Origin: an uncultured virus (IMG/VR IMGVR_UViG_3300001605_000011)
Lineage: Duplodnaviria > Heunggongvirae > Uroviricota > Caudoviricetes
IMG/VR virus record: IMGVR_UViG_3300001605_000011
Reading direction: 5' to 3' (one strand)
DNA: 54,019 nt
In this document: positions 1 to 9,426 of the stretch, in pieces
Layout: every line of letters begins with the position of its first letter
Numbering within the stretch: position 1 is the first letter of the stretch
Notes under the pieces: model-generated
Told to the model about the DNA's origin: nothing
The model's input: only the letters and a program-made list of their open reading frames with translations
Databases searched by the model: none
Position numbers and translations under genes: made by a program

Positions 1-414
1 AGCCAGTTTTCGTTGTTCCGCTGCCAGAGTCGGATTGCACTTGCGAGTCTGTTCTTCCGCGGCGTATGCCGCTTTACGTGACGCAACAAACAAGGCTACG
101 ACGAGCCGTCGCTTTTTGTCATACGCCAGCATATCGCTGAGCCTTTTCGGATTATCCTCTGTGGAATTGTCATCGTGCTTTCCGCATACGATACGATCCC
201 CCACCAACGACCACCCCGCTATGCCTGCTGACTTGAGGGCCTCGTCGACAGATACCACCCGCGTACTGCAATGCGTCCATACAGCCGGGCACGTTCGCTT
301 CCCATCCGACCACGTACATCTAATACGTGTCTCAAACACGGTACGCTGCTCGTCGCTGTCATCAGGCCGCATGTGTTTAGCTGCTGCTGCAGCAGCCAGC
401 GATTGGTACTGCAT
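1..414 (-). CDS. Hypothetical phage protein, runs off the window edge
   Basis: ATG at 414 just downstream of 425..655; frame MQYQSLAAAAAAKHMRPDD... is open to position 1. Confidence 0.5.
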   Translation of the reverse strand, partial: MQYQSLAAAAAAKHMRPDDSDEQRTVFETRIRCTWSDGKRTCPAVWTHCSTRVVSVDEALKSAGIAGWSLVGDRIVCGKHDDNSTEDNPKRLSDMLAYDKKRRLVVALFVASRKAAYAAEEQTRKCNPTLAAEQRKLA

Positions 415-424
415 CTGTCAACCT

Positions 425-655
425 TTACGTTTTGTAGTGCTTGTCTATCACGTGCCGCACGACTGTCGTCACAGCATCCACAATCGGAACGAGTTGCTCA
501 TTCTCAGTCTCGACCTCGACAAAGCTGTTCCAGACACGACGGTACGCCTGCCGGATCGCAGTAGCATCTTGCCGCTCTGCTGTCCCCTTCTTGTGCGACG
601 CTACCTGCCTGTTCAGGTAATCTTCAATGTCAAAGTGGTCATCCTGTATGCTCAT
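425..655 (-). CDS. Hypothetical protein
   Basis: 76 aa ORF with 4-nt ATGA coupling to the upstream gene. Confidence 0.6.
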   Translation of the reverse strand: MSIQDDHFDIEDYLNRQVASHKKGTAERQDATAIRQAYRRVWNSFVEVETENEQLVPIVDAVTTVVRHVIDKHYKT

Positions 656-1062
656 GACGAACGCTCCGGTGGTGCTGGTGGGACGCTACTGACGTCAGGC
701 ATACCACGTACAGAGTACGTGCGGTGAAACAACGTTGCGGCCAGCTGGGTGTCCATGCTGTGGGCAGCCGTAGTGTCTGGTGACTGCCTGCCTTCACACT
801 TGCCAGCCATTTCCTCACCAAAGACATCCAGGTAGATGTTGCGTATGGCTTGCTCGCACATTTCGAGGTAACTGCGTGCATACCCCATATCGCCGCTGCG
901 TACTGCCATTGTTAACGCCGCCTGCATGTCTGCAGCCACGGCAACTGCGCGTAGCGGAAAATTGGCCACCGCCTGGAGTCTGTGCCACTCTGATCTTGCC
1001 AGGCGGTGCCGCGTGTACGCGGCACGCCTTGTCTCGTCGTTAAATACATTTTGCTCATTCAT
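652..1062 (-). CDS. Hypothetical protein
   Basis: 136 aa ORF in tightly packed minus-strand operon. Confidence 0.6.
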   Translation of the reverse strand: MNEQNVFNDETRRAAYTRHRLARSEWHRLQAVANFPLRAVAVAADMQAALTMAVRSGDMGYARSYLEMCEQAIRNIYLDVFGEEMAGKCEGRQSPDTTAAHSMDTQLAATLFHRTYSVRGMPDVSSVPPAPPERSS

Positions 1063-1318
1063 CTGCTTTGCGATTCACCGGGGTGTAATTCGGCACGGCA
1101 TCCAACGTTGTCAGCAGGCTATCCGCCAACTGCCGCAACTTATTCGCTGTTGCGTGCGTCAGGACTTCTCTGGCATCAAGCATGCAATCAGCTTCCAGGT
1201 CAACGTCAGCCCCATAGCTCACGCTTCCGGTGTAGTTGCCGGGTGTGATTTCAGCCAGATGCAGCGTTAGCCCGTCTTGCTCGAACGATGCTGCATCTCG
1301 CTTTTCCCATTTCGCCAT
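1055..1318 (-). CDS. Hypothetical protein
   Basis: 87 aa ORF overlapping the next gene by 8 nt. Confidence 0.6.
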   Translation of the reverse strand: MAKWEKRDAASFEQDGLTLHLAEITPGNYTGSVSYGADVDLEADCMLDAREVLTHATANKLRQLADSLLTTLDAVPNYTPVNRKADE

Positions 1319-1331
1319 TGTCTATTTCCGT

Positions 1332-1895
1332 TTAAGTTGTTGCTGTTCTGTATGAGGCAAACTGTGGCTGTTCATCCACTAGATATGCCCAGTCACGTGC
1401 AGTCAGTTTTGAGAAATCACACTTGTCCGCAAACTGTGGTTTATGCGCCAGCAGTCTGGACCAGTCGCAACCATTCAATCTGTGCCAGTAGCACTCCTCA
1501 GCCAACTGTGGCTGCGCGCACAGTATCGCCACCCACTCAACCCCTCGCAGCTTCTGTCTGTTGCAGTGCTTAATGAACTGCGGCTGCCTTCCGATTAGCC
1601 ACACCCACGCAGTTGCCTTGCACCTGTTCATCATTGCCCAGTCGCACTTATCTGCATACTGTGGCTGTTTCATGAGCAGGTAAGCCCAGCCGCTTGCCCG
1701 TACTGTGTGCCAATCGCAGTGTTCGGCGAACTGCACGTACCCGCGTTCCAGACACCATAATCGCCAGTCCATCGGCATATTCTTCAAGATGGCACGTAAG
1801 GACATGTCCTCACACCACAGCAGCCCAGGACTACACGCATCATCCCTGCGGGCCTGAGCTAGCAACTCCGCTTTGTTAGCGAACGTGTAATTCAT
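1332..1895 (-). CDS. Tandem-repeat protein (~23 aa CDWxxLxxxDWxxLLxxQPQFA repeats)
   Basis: Five visible repeats such as CDWHTVRASGWAYLLMKQPQYADK and CYWHRLNGCDWSRLLAHKPQFADK; paralog of 2191..2931. Confidence 0.75.
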   Translation of the reverse strand: MNYTFANKAELLAQARRDDACSPGLLWCEDMSLRAILKNMPMDWRLWCLERGYVQFAEHCDWHTVRASGWAYLLMKQPQYADKCDWAMMNRCKATAWVWLIGRQPQFIKHCNRQKLRGVEWVAILCAQPQLAEECYWHRLNGCDWSRLLAHKPQFADKCDFSKLTARDWAYLVDEQPQFASYRTATT

Positions 1896-2194
1896 GACGA
1901 TGTATCCTTGCTTGCCGGGGGTTGGTCAAAATCCGGGTATGTGAACTGACTTGCATCACGCCCGGTGACGTAGCCACCTTCGTCGTAGTAAAGCATCGCT
2001 TCCCGGAAGCCTGAGGGGCAGTCGACGCCAACCTCGTGTGAACCTGCGTCATCAATCCACATTCGGACGCCACGATCCCAGCACACCTTGCACAAGACCA
2101 CATCTGAGTCAGCACCTTCGCCGTTAACGCGATATTGTGCAGCGAACACATACCCGACTAGCGTCTGGCACCCAGCACAGTTGCCTACCATCAT
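1892..2194 (-). CDS. Small Cys-containing hypothetical protein (CxxC...CxxC)
   Basis: CAGC and CKVC motifs; ATGA overlaps on both sides. Confidence 0.6.
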   Translation of the reverse strand: MMVGNCAGCQTLVGYVFAAQYRVNGEGADSDVVLCKVCWDRGVRMWIDDAGSHEVGVDCPSGFREAMLYYDEGGYVTGRDASQFTYPDFDQPPASKDTSS

Positions 2195-2931
2195 GCTGAT
2201 GTATCCTTATCGCATTGATTGTAACCTAGAGCTTTCCGTAGTCTGATGCGGGCTTTACCCTGCACGCTGTCGTCCGGGGCACTCGCACCAACCAGTGCAC
2301 CGAAGGCCTGTTTAGCTGCACCGTGCAAATCACCGTCGTGTACCTCGACAAGCTCGACGCCAATGCCGGCTAACGCGTCACGTATTGCCTTTTCCGGCTC
2401 ATCGCTGTATCCACCTTCATACACGACTTTGATCAGTGACCGTCTTTTTTCGACCGGCGTTTTGTACGTTACCAAGTGCGGCTGCCTCTTTAGCAGCCAC
2501 TCGAGGTCCTTCGCAGAAACCTTGGACATGTTGTAACTGTCCGCTAGCTGTGGATGCCTCATCAGCACCGACACGATCTCGCAACTGACCAACAGTGACC
2601 AATCGCAGTGCTTTGCCAGGTCAGGGCGATACCCCAGCAATACCGCCCAGTCCCTGCCTTGCAGCCGTGACCAGTCACACTTTTCATCATATTTTGGCCT
2701 GTACCATAATAGATGTGGCCAATGACAAGGATGAATTCGCTTCCAGTCACAATGCTCCTCAAACTGCGTGTAGTCGTGTGATAAACACCACATACGCCAG
2801 CTTGTCGGTATCGTTTGAAGCACTCTACTGAGGTCTCTGCCAGCGCACCAGTTGAGACCTTCTTGGCAGGCATCGTCAATGATAGGCCTGTACAAGCAGC
2901 TCCGATGTTGTGCTAAATGTGNNTTCCACAA
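2191..2931 (-). CDS. Tandem-repeat protein, paralog of 1332..1895, with unrelated C-terminal domain
   Basis: Shared DDACxxGLxWC N-terminus and CDWxxL...W..LL...P repeats; 5' end contains Ns. Confidence 0.7.
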   Translation of the reverse strand: MWXXHLAQHRSCLYRPIIDDACQEGLNWCAGRDLSRVLQTIPTSWRMWCLSHDYTQFEEHCDWKRIHPCHWPHLLWYRPKYDEKCDWSRLQGRDWAVLLGYRPDLAKHCDWSLLVSCEIVSVLMRHPQLADSYNMSKVSAKDLEWLLKRQPHLVTYKTPVEKRRSLIKVVYEGGYSDEPEKAIRDALAGIGVELVEVHDGDLHGAAKQAFGALVGASAPDDSVQGKARIRLRKALGYNQCDKDTSA

Positions 2932-2982
2932 TTGTTCCTGTATTGCGTTTTCTTGTTACAAGTAGCGCCTATCGCGGCAGCA

Positions 2983-3474
2983 TTACTTCCTGGGGTCGTC
3001 TGTTATCTGAAAACAGCCGATTATCCACACCCAGAACATTCGGTGTGATTCTGGTCGCTTTATGGTTGCTGTAGCCAGCTCTACCATAACCTCATCGCGT
3101 ATGGCCAGCATTGCACGTCTCGCCTGATCTGTGCTGATACCGAGAGCTACGCCTACAGCTGACTGTCTCGTGTCACCTGGTCGCGTCAGCAGATACTGCC
3201 GCACGCTTTCTTGTATTAACTTAGCCCGCTGCAGGTGGCTAACCCCACCTGTGCGGTGCCGTATAGTTGCGACGCGTTTGTTGACTTGCCGCAACGTCAG
3301 CCCTGTGATGGCTGCAATTTCTGCTTGCTTTAGGTGTAGTAACTTACGCACCACCTCCAGCTGCTCTTCCGTTTCCTTTCTCATCCGTAATGCACACCCA
3401 ATTACGTGGTACTGTGCCGGCGCTTGAGCGCCGGCATGTTGGCTTGTACGGTGACTAAATTCCTGCTTTCTCAA
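2983..3474 (-). CDS. Putative HTH DNA-binding protein (true start probably near 3390)
   Basis: Two HTH-like segments: LKQAEIAAITGLTLRQVNKRV and RQSAVGVALGISTDQARRAM. Confidence 0.5.
   Translation of the reverse strand: MRKQEFSHRTSQHAGAQAPAQYHVIGCALRMRKETEEQLEVVRKLLHLKQAEIAAITGLTLRQVNKRVATIRHRTGGVSHLQRAKLIQESVRQYLLTRPGDTRQSAVGVALGISTDQARRAMLAIRDEVMVELATATIKRPESHRMFWVWIIGCFQITDDPRK
3415..3436. repeat. Dispersed palindrome copy 1 (CCGGCGCT-TG-AGCGCCGG)
   Basis: tgccggcgcttgagcgccggca. Confidence 0.9.
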
Positions 3475-3706
3475 TCATCTCTTTGATAGAGGCCAGCCTG
3501 TCGTGCAGAAACAAGTTCCATGACATCGTACCCTGCTGCCTGTCCTTGAGTAAGGCCAGCAGCTTTTCTGCCTCTTTTTGCAGCTCATCTAGGTTCATTG
3601 CTTCAACCTTCATGCGTCTTTCTTTTGGTAAGTACTGGTTAGTCGCGGCAAAACAGCCACTGGTAAATACGACTGCTCTGCACCGCGAATTTGAGCCGAT
3701 TGTCAC
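3455..3706 (-). CDS. Small coiled-coil hypothetical protein (start likely MKVEAM near 3613)
   Basis: Helical ORF in operon context. Confidence 0.55.
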   Translation of the reverse strand: MTIGSNSRCRAVVFTSGCFAATNQYLPKERRMKVEAMNLDELQKEAEKLLALLKDRQQGTMSWNLFLHDRLASIKEMIEKAGI

Positions 3707-4139
3707 AATATGTACGATCTGCGTACTTCATCGCACTTCGCATCAGCGTGCATGCGTCGGTAAAGTCCGACGCATCGAACAGGTCCAGGTAATCCGGGTC
3801 GTCAACATAGCTAGCCAGATCACCTCCAGCTCTACATACAGTACCGTCTGGGTGCACGACAACAACTGCCGCAAGCCTGGCAGGTACGCCAACCTCCTTC
3901 TGGTAATACGCCCCGTCCAGTGTTGAGCCCAGTACCTCCAGGCCGCGGTGGTGTGCCAATGCGTAATGTGCCCACACGGCAAAGAAACCTGCCGGGTGCG
4001 TCATGTGATCAGTGGGTGTGACCACCCGCTTGACCTTAGCGGGTGCCTTATCTTTCGCAGAGTTTTCACTCATCATCAGCTTCTTCCTTTTCTGGATCAG
4101 GTACCCACAACCATGCTTGGATGTAGTCTCCTGGGTCAT
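3639..4139 (-). CDS. Hypothetical protein (start likely near 4074)
   Basis: Operon context. Confidence 0.5.
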   Translation of the reverse strand: MTQETTSKHGCGYLIQKRKKLMMSENSAKDKAPAKVKRVVTPTDHMTHPAGFFAVWAHYALAHHRGLEVLGSTLDGAYYQKEVGVPARLAAVVVVHPDGTVCRAGGDLASYVDDPDYLDLFDASDFTDACTLMRSAMKYADRTYCDNRLKFAVQSSRIYQWLFCRD

Positions 4140-4275
4140 CGCTGCCGGACGTCACGGCATCTTCGTCTACTTCGATATGGCCGTCTTCCGTGAGTGCATC
4201 AGCTAGCTGGCGATATCGCACGTTGTATTCACTGTCGACATCGTCAAAGGCTTCCACCAATCGCTGAAACGTCAT
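4066..4275 (-). CDS. Small acidic hypothetical protein
   Basis: 69 aa; GHIEVDEDAVTSGSDDPGDYIQAWLWV resembles small phage proteins. Confidence 0.6.
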   Translation of the reverse strand: MTFQRLVEAFDDVDSEYNVRYRQLADALTEDGHIEVDEDAVTSGSDDPGDYIQAWLWVPDPEKEEADDE

Positions 4276-4381
4276 AACTACGGTTTGGTCTGTTAGCAGT
4301 CCGCTTGCTAGCTTTTCTCGTATTGCAGTCTTTTCGTCAGGGTTAGAATTTTTACAAACACAATGAGCGTTCCGCTAGTTT

Positions 4382-4927
4382 CTAGGTAAATAGGCGAGAC
4401 GTTCCCCACGTGTGGTCGTACTGAAACACCACCGCAGGGTCTAGGTCGTTTCTTGCCGCCAGCATGATAAGGCCGCTAGCCCACTGTTTCGGTAGCATAC
4501 TGTCATGAATCTTCTGCAGTCTGGAAATCAGCGAGTTGTTTGCTTCTGGAAGCTTTATCTGCATCTCTTTGACTAGCTGACGCCACTCCGCACGATTGGT
4601 CATCGTATCCAGCTCAAGATCCTGCACAAAACAGCCTGCGCCGCAGTAAAGTAGCGGGCTGCTCCCTATGCCTTTTGTCGTGTAGATACACCTCTGCGAG
4701 ACAGGATGCCGGCACACTACACGCTGCGTTAGCAGATGATATGCCCCGTAGTCAAACAACTCTTGCGGTGTGGCCGTGGCCAGTAGCCTGGACTCTGTGA
4801 TTGGGCGTACTGGTTCTGGTGCGGGCAACGGTGGTACTAGCCCCAGCCGTACTGCCGCAACAAAAGAAACCCTGTTGAGCTTGTCACAAATGCTTACAAA
4901 CATGTCATCACCTTTGAAATGTGCCAC
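4382..4927 (-). CDS. Hypothetical phage protein
   Basis: HLLTQ...CIY...CGAGC...LQKIHD pattern typical of a phage hypothetical family. Confidence 0.6.
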   Translation of the reverse strand: MAHFKGDDMFVSICDKLNRVSFVAAVRLGLVPPLPAPEPVRPITESRLLATATPQELFDYGAYHLLTQRVVCRHPVSQRCIYTTKGIGSSPLLYCGAGCFVQDLELDTMTNRAEWRQLVKEMQIKLPEANNSLISRLQKIHDSMLPKQWASGLIMLAARNDLDPAVVFQYDHTWGTSRLFT

Positions 4928-4932
4928 TAGCT

Positions 4933-5003
4933 AAAAAACAATACGAAAGTTGTATGCTTTCGTGTTGTTTAACGTAACCTGCCAGGTCTCCCTGGCAAGT
5001 TAC
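4933..5003 (-). terminator. Double hairpin with T-tract (intrinsic terminator candidate)
   Basis: gtaacctgccagg-tctc-cctggcaagttac and acgaaag-ttgtatg-ctttcgt followed by a T-run on the minus strand. Confidence 0.6.
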
Positions 5004-5017
5004 ATGTTGTGTCCGCC

Positions 5018-5272
5018 TTAGCGGCGAATGAGGCCCGTGCGGTTGTCTCGCAGCCGTGGTACCCGCTTGCGTGGGTACCACAAGGTGTACGCCTCGTGGG
5101 CGACAGTGCCCACCAGTAGCCCGCCCAGCAGCAGGCGTACTTCATACGGACTGACGTACGTGACCGCAAAGATGGCCACGCTGGTAGCCAGCAACAGGAA
5201 GAGGTATTTGATCAAACTTTTGTCCACAATAGGCTCCTTTGGCCGTGCGGGGAAAATTGGTAAACAGATCAA
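5018..5272 (-). CDS. Small two-TM membrane protein
   Basis: Two hydrophobic segments; C-terminus LRDNRTGLIRR. Confidence 0.6.
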   Translation of the reverse strand: MICLPIFPARPKEPIVDKSLIKYLFLLLATSVAIFAVTYVSPYEVRLLLGGLLVGTVAHEAYTLWYPRKRVPRLRDNRTGLIRR

Positions 5273-5288
5273 TCAATCAATCAACCGA

Positions 5289-5483
5289 CTAGCGTCGGAT
5301 GAGTCCGACATTTCGGTTAGCTCGCAAGTGCCTAAGCACCCGTAAACCAGCGTAGGCCGGGACCCACCCAGCCACAATACAGATCGCTACGATCTGAGGT
5401 GTAGTACCGCAGATCGTAGCGATCAACTCCATGACGATGGCCGCGACTACGAACGCCAGCCAAAACACTACGAACTGAGCCAT
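5289..5483 (-). CDS. Small two-TM membrane protein
   Basis: Two hydrophobic segments; C-terminus LRANRNVGLIRR. Confidence 0.6.
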   Translation of the reverse strand: MAQFVVFWLAFVVAAIVMELIATICGTTPQIVAICIVAGWVPAYAGLRVLRHLRANRNVGLIRR

Positions 5484-5815
5484 TGGGGTATCCTTGTACC
5501 GAAAAAGATTAACGCCAGAACAACCTGACGATGACGTTAGTTAGAACGACAATCAAGGCCCAAAGCACGTACCAGCGCTTCTGCCAGTTACTGGACCTGT
5601 CCGACAATTTAGGCATGTCGCCTCCCTAGCCACAATTTGGCAGCCGCGACTAGCACTACCACCAGTGCAAGTAGCAGGATGCACTTGACTGCTATACAGA
5701 CAAGCAGCCATGCTGCGTACAACGCAGCCACGAATAGCATAACTCTGATGCCCACGCTAATCTCCTTACTATATCTTTGATAGTAAAATTTTCGTGATGA
5801 CTACGCGATACACAA

Positions 5816-5847
5816 TTACATGTAGCACAAAACCATCTGTTATTTAG
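5816..5847 (-). promoter_or_regulatory. Bipartite motif CTAAATAACAG-N8-GTGCTACATGTAA, copy 1 (putative phage promoter)
   Basis: Both boxes are identical to those at 32244..32276; AT-rich intergenic location. Confidence 0.55.
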
Positions 5848-5885
5848 TGCAGAACTTACGCACTGGTTATGCGCGTAAGTCACAT

Positions 5886-6611
5886 TTAGCTAAAATCCTT
5901 ACCTAGTGCCCTAGGCGGATATACCTTCAGTCTGGTTGGATTGTGTCTATCTGGAGCTATGAACCTGTGCGACTTAATCCATTCTGTCAGGTTGGGCATG
6001 GTGGCCACCTGCTCGTAATCTGGTCGTTCGCCTAAGCTAGTGTTGCGGCCGATCACAGGTTGTTTCGGGGGCCGTAGCAACCCTCGCGTGTCTTCACCAA
6101 TATGCGGCTGCAGTGGGCCTACATCGCCGAATTGCCTAAGCGTGCCTTCATCTGTTAAGGCAATAGCCTGTCTACCACCATCGCTACCGCCCCGCCCACC
6201 TGATCGACCTGTGGCGTAACCGCGTACTACGTCGGGATGTGGTGTGTACCACAGCGGATCGCCTTCCGGTACATCCCGCATACTGCTTAAGTTAAATGCC
6301 TTTAATCTTGTCGTGGGTGTTACTTCGACCGGAATAGGGCCGTGTGCGTTGATGAATGCGGGGGGACGCTGGTATTTGTACGGTTCTACCGTAACGCGAT
6401 ATAATCGACTGTACCACTTATCCAAGCGGTCTATCTGTCTGCCCCGTAGTCCGGCTCGCCTAGTTATGGCAGCAGCGCGTTGCAGCATTTGCAACTCGTC
6501 ACCGCTGAACGCGTTAGGATTAAGCAAACCCGTAATCCGGGCCGACTGCAGCACTCTGCGAGTGTCGGCCAAATTACGGTGAGTGTCACTATTCGCCGCT
6601 ACTTCAGGCAA
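5886..6611 (-). CDS. Hypothetical protein, possibly virion-associated; may be the frameshifted continuation of 6665..7129
   Basis: 241 aa ORF; N at 6720 upstream. Confidence 0.55.
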   Translation of the reverse strand: MPEVAANSDTHRNLADTRRVLQSARITGLLNPNAFSGDELQMLQRAAAITRRAGLRGRQIDRLDKWYSRLYRVTVEPYKYQRPPAFINAHGPIPVEVTPTTRLKAFNLSSMRDVPEGDPLWYTPHPDVVRGYATGRSGGRGGSDGGRQAIALTDEGTLRQFGDVGPLQPHIGEDTRGLLRPPKQPVIGRNTSLGERPDYEQVATMPNLTEWIKSHRFIAPDRHNPTRLKVYPPRALGKDFS

Positions 6612-6664
6612 GTTTTCAGGTATATCTTTGATGTGCCGCTAACAAGTCAAGGTTAAGGCTTGGC

Positions 6665-7129
6665 CTAAGTCCCAGGCGTCGTCTTGCCGCCCACCACTGC
6701 ACGCGAGATGACGGCCGGCNTTTTCTCAGTTTTTCGCAATAACTCAGCTAGGCGGTTAGATAGAGCATTTGCATCCCTGCTGACCCAAAGATCTAGGGCA
6801 GACACACCATCCAACTTTTTAGCCATCCTGTCGCGTATCTGCGTTATACGCGACCGATACCTGTCTGCTTCACCAGGCACAAATAGCCGACGAACCGCAT
6901 CTGCATCAGCCATGTGGGGCTTCTGCAGCTGCTGCGGCAGATCGGTGTAGCCAAACATGCCAGCTTCAGACCGCTGCTTAGCAATCCGGCGTGCTACCCG
7001 CTTGAGACTAGCTGACGTCGCGGTGGAGCCCGCAGCCAACCTGGCTAGCAATTTAGCTGACGATCCGATGGCTGTTTTCTGCATTTGACTCACGCGTAAC
7101 CGCCCGTCTGTCGTTATTACTGCTGCCAT
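6665..7129 (-). CDS. Putative internal virion protein (K-x-A motif)
   Basis: Basic and Ala-rich; MQKTAIG motif. Confidence 0.5.
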   Translation of the reverse strand: MAAVITTDGRLRVSQMQKTAIGSSAKLLARLAAGSTATSASLKRVARRIAKQRSEAGMFGYTDLPQQLQKPHMADADAVRRLFVPGEADRYRSRITQIRDRMAKKLDGVSALDLWVSRDANALSNRLAELLRKTEKXPAVISRAVVGGKTTPGT

Positions 7130-7179
7130 GCCACCATAGACGTCCCTGCCAAATTGCCCGCGGTAGGCGTTGCCCGAGG

Positions 7180-7935
7180 TCAGCCACGACGACTTTCAAG
7201 CTGCGTGGCAATGTTCTGCCCGTAACCGCCAACAACTGATGTGGGTAGTCCGACGTACGGCAGATGCTCGGCAATGTACTTCAGCTTGGTGCTTGTATTC
7301 AGAGGCTTCTCGTCTTTTCCACTGGCCATATAGTAGCCTTGCATCTGTCCGCGGCGGTGCGGACCACGGAACGGCAGCAGGGCTGCGGATATCGCCGACA
7401 GCTCGGGTGCTTTCGGATTCAGTTGACCCCGGCTACGTGCATCGTCGTACTCGGCGTTGGTAGCTCGCATGTCTTTACGCCGTGACGACGCAGCAGCCAG
7501 CAGTCCAAGGAACATGCCGGCGGCGCTACCAACGACCCCACCGCTGACAGCCCCGGCAGCAGTTGAGCTGTTCCGGTTGAGCAGGCTAGCCGTGGCCCTA
7601 CCTGTGTGGCCACCTATTGCGGTGCCCGCCAAAGCACCCGCAAGACCACCTGCGGTGGCATAGCCTATCGACTGAATCCCCGGATGCTTCACACCAAACG
7701 ACGGATCCCGTCCGGCTGCAGCTGCCATCGACTGTGACCTACCAGCCCGGTCGCCACCTATCGTCGCGGCACCCAGCGAATCCGCCAGACCGCCCCCCAG
7801 AGAATCCATGTCGACAATAGCCTTGGCCGCGGCAGGATTCGCGGCTAGCTTCCTGTTACGAGAAGCTATCTTGGTCATGTTGTTGACGTGTACTGTGATA
7901 CGCAGTACGCCAGCGTCAAATGCAGACTTGTTCAT
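7180..7935 (-). CDS. Glycine-zipper putative internal virion/ejection protein
   Basis: GGLAGALAGTAIGG and GAVSGGVVGSAAGMFLG zippers; KSA, KIA and KLA motifs at the N-terminus. Confidence 0.65.
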   Translation of the reverse strand: MNKSAFDAGVLRITVHVNNMTKIASRNRKLAANPAAAKAIVDMDSLGGGLADSLGAATIGGDRAGRSQSMAAAAGRDPSFGVKHPGIQSIGYATAGGLAGALAGTAIGGHTGRATASLLNRNSSTAAGAVSGGVVGSAAGMFLGLLAAASSRRKDMRATNAEYDDARSRGQLNPKAPELSAISAALLPFRGPHRRGQMQGYYMASGKDEKPLNTSTKLKYIAEHLPYVGLPTSVVGGYGQNIATQLESRRG

Positions 7936-8068
7936 GATTATTTATCTCTGACGGTACACGCTAAGTAGCGGCAATTAAAACACGGTTGGCCGCGTCAATT
8001 TAACCGCCGACTGTCGCGCTGTCCACGGATTACCCCATTGACGGTGCCTAATACCAACTAGACGTACA

Positions 8069-8096
8069 GCGTGCCGGCGCTTGAGCGCCGGCACGC
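8069..8096. repeat. Dispersed palindrome copy 2
   Basis: gcgtgccggcgcttgagcgccggcacgc, intergenic. Confidence 0.9.
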
Positions 8097-8113
8097 GATT
8101 GATTGACGCATCA

Positions 8114-8908
8114 CTAGGTAGCTGGGCTGTCCGTGATTGTCCGCAGGCCTCGTTTTTCTGCTCGCCGTTTTGCTTCGGCAAGTGCTGGGCTAGCGTCATC
8201 TCTCGCCAGTATCAAATTAGACATGTACATGTAATCGCCAGGACCGTACCTGGCAACGACTGTCGGCTTTCTATCGGCCTGCGGACACCAGTACAGATCC
8301 ACCTTTGGGTATGACCAGTCGCTATACCTACCTAGGTACACGCACAACTCGCAGTTGTGTTCGAAGTACGGTACCACCGGATGTTTACCGGTGAGTTCGT
8401 GCGGTCCTGAAACTACCATGCGAAGTTCCAGCGAACCGCACGGGTCGATTATTTCTGCGGCTACCCTCTTGGCACCCTCTTCAGTCAAAATGCCTTGCAC
8501 GTCAGCTGACAGGAAGAACGTCGGTATCCCGTGTGTCACCCTACCTGCTACTGTATCCAGGAAAGCCTGCCCCTGAATGCACCAGTACTGGATCTGCCGC
8601 TGGTCCTCGCTACCACTACCCGCTTCCGCGCGTTCTGCTGGCCGCTTAGCTGCATCGGCGAACGACACGTTCTTCCCGACCCGCAACATCCACTCGACAT
8701 TGCCGTCGGTTGTGGAATAGACGATGGAGTAGATGCAGCCACACTCGCACTGCACATCCATGTACGCAGCACGCTTCAATACGCTCGGCGGTGCTGAGGC
8801 CAAAGCAAACGTCGTCATTTCGCCGACAACTTCTGTCGGCTTGACCTGTATCTCATGTTCTTCGCCGCACTTAGGGCAATTCGTCATGAGTGAATCAAAC
8901 ATCCCCAT
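8114..8908 (-). CDS. Hypothetical protein with Zn-ribbon-like N-terminus
   Basis: MGMFDS..CPKCG...CECG; C-terminal HNCELC motif. Confidence 0.65.
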   Translation of the reverse strand: MGMFDSLMTNCPKCGEEHEIQVKPTEVVGEMTTFALASAPPSVLKRAAYMDVQCECGCIYSIVYSTTDGNVEWMLRVGKNVSFADAAKRPAERAEAGSGSEDQRQIQYWCIQGQAFLDTVAGRVTHGIPTFFLSADVQGILTEEGAKRVAAEIIDPCGSLELRMVVSGPHELTGKHPVVPYFEHNCELCVYLGRYSDWSYPKVDLYWCPQADRKPTVVARYGPGDYMYMSNLILARDDASPALAEAKRRAEKRGLRTITDSPAT

Positions 8909-8922
8909 CGGTCTGCCTTTGG

Positions 8923-9384
8923 TTAATCAGCCTGCTGCTGCACACGGTACTGGAATTGTTCGATCGCTGGTTTCAGAGATTCGACCAGCTCATTGATAAG
9001 CTGTATCTTGTGCTCGTAGTTTGAGCCACTCGATCGCTCCTCTACACTAGAAATGACAAATGCACGAAACTCGACAGGCAGCACGATAAGTGCGTCTTCT
9101 GCCTCGCCGGCGTACTCTTCCTTAGTCATTAGTATTGCCGGAGGCATGACGTAGTGAACGCCCGCAGAAACGCGTGCTATCTGTAGTCCGACGATCTCCA
9201 GACGAAATAGCTGGATAGGGACAGTGTCCTGTGTACCGCGTTGTCTGCGTATCTTAGATCTGCGTACGACCTCCTCGCAGATGTCTTGCAAACTCTTTTT
9301 CCCGTACCGCGAATCTTCGAAGTCTTCGTACGGTATTTCACTACCGCCCGGCAACACAGCCACATAGTTAATTTTTACACGCAT
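8923..9384 (-). CDS. Hypothetical protein
   Basis: 153 aa ORF in operon context. Confidence 0.6.
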   Translation of the reverse strand: MRVKINYVAVLPGGSEIPYEDFEDSRYGKKSLQDICEEVVRRSKIRRQRGTQDTVPIQLFRLEIVGLQIARVSAGVHYVMPPAILMTKEEYAGEAEDALIVLPVEFRAFVISSVEERSSGSNYEHKIQLINELVESLKPAIEQFQYRVQQQAD

Positions 9385-9426
9385 GATCTTTTGCTAGTTT
9401 GAGTAACATTGTTTCACTGCCTGTGA

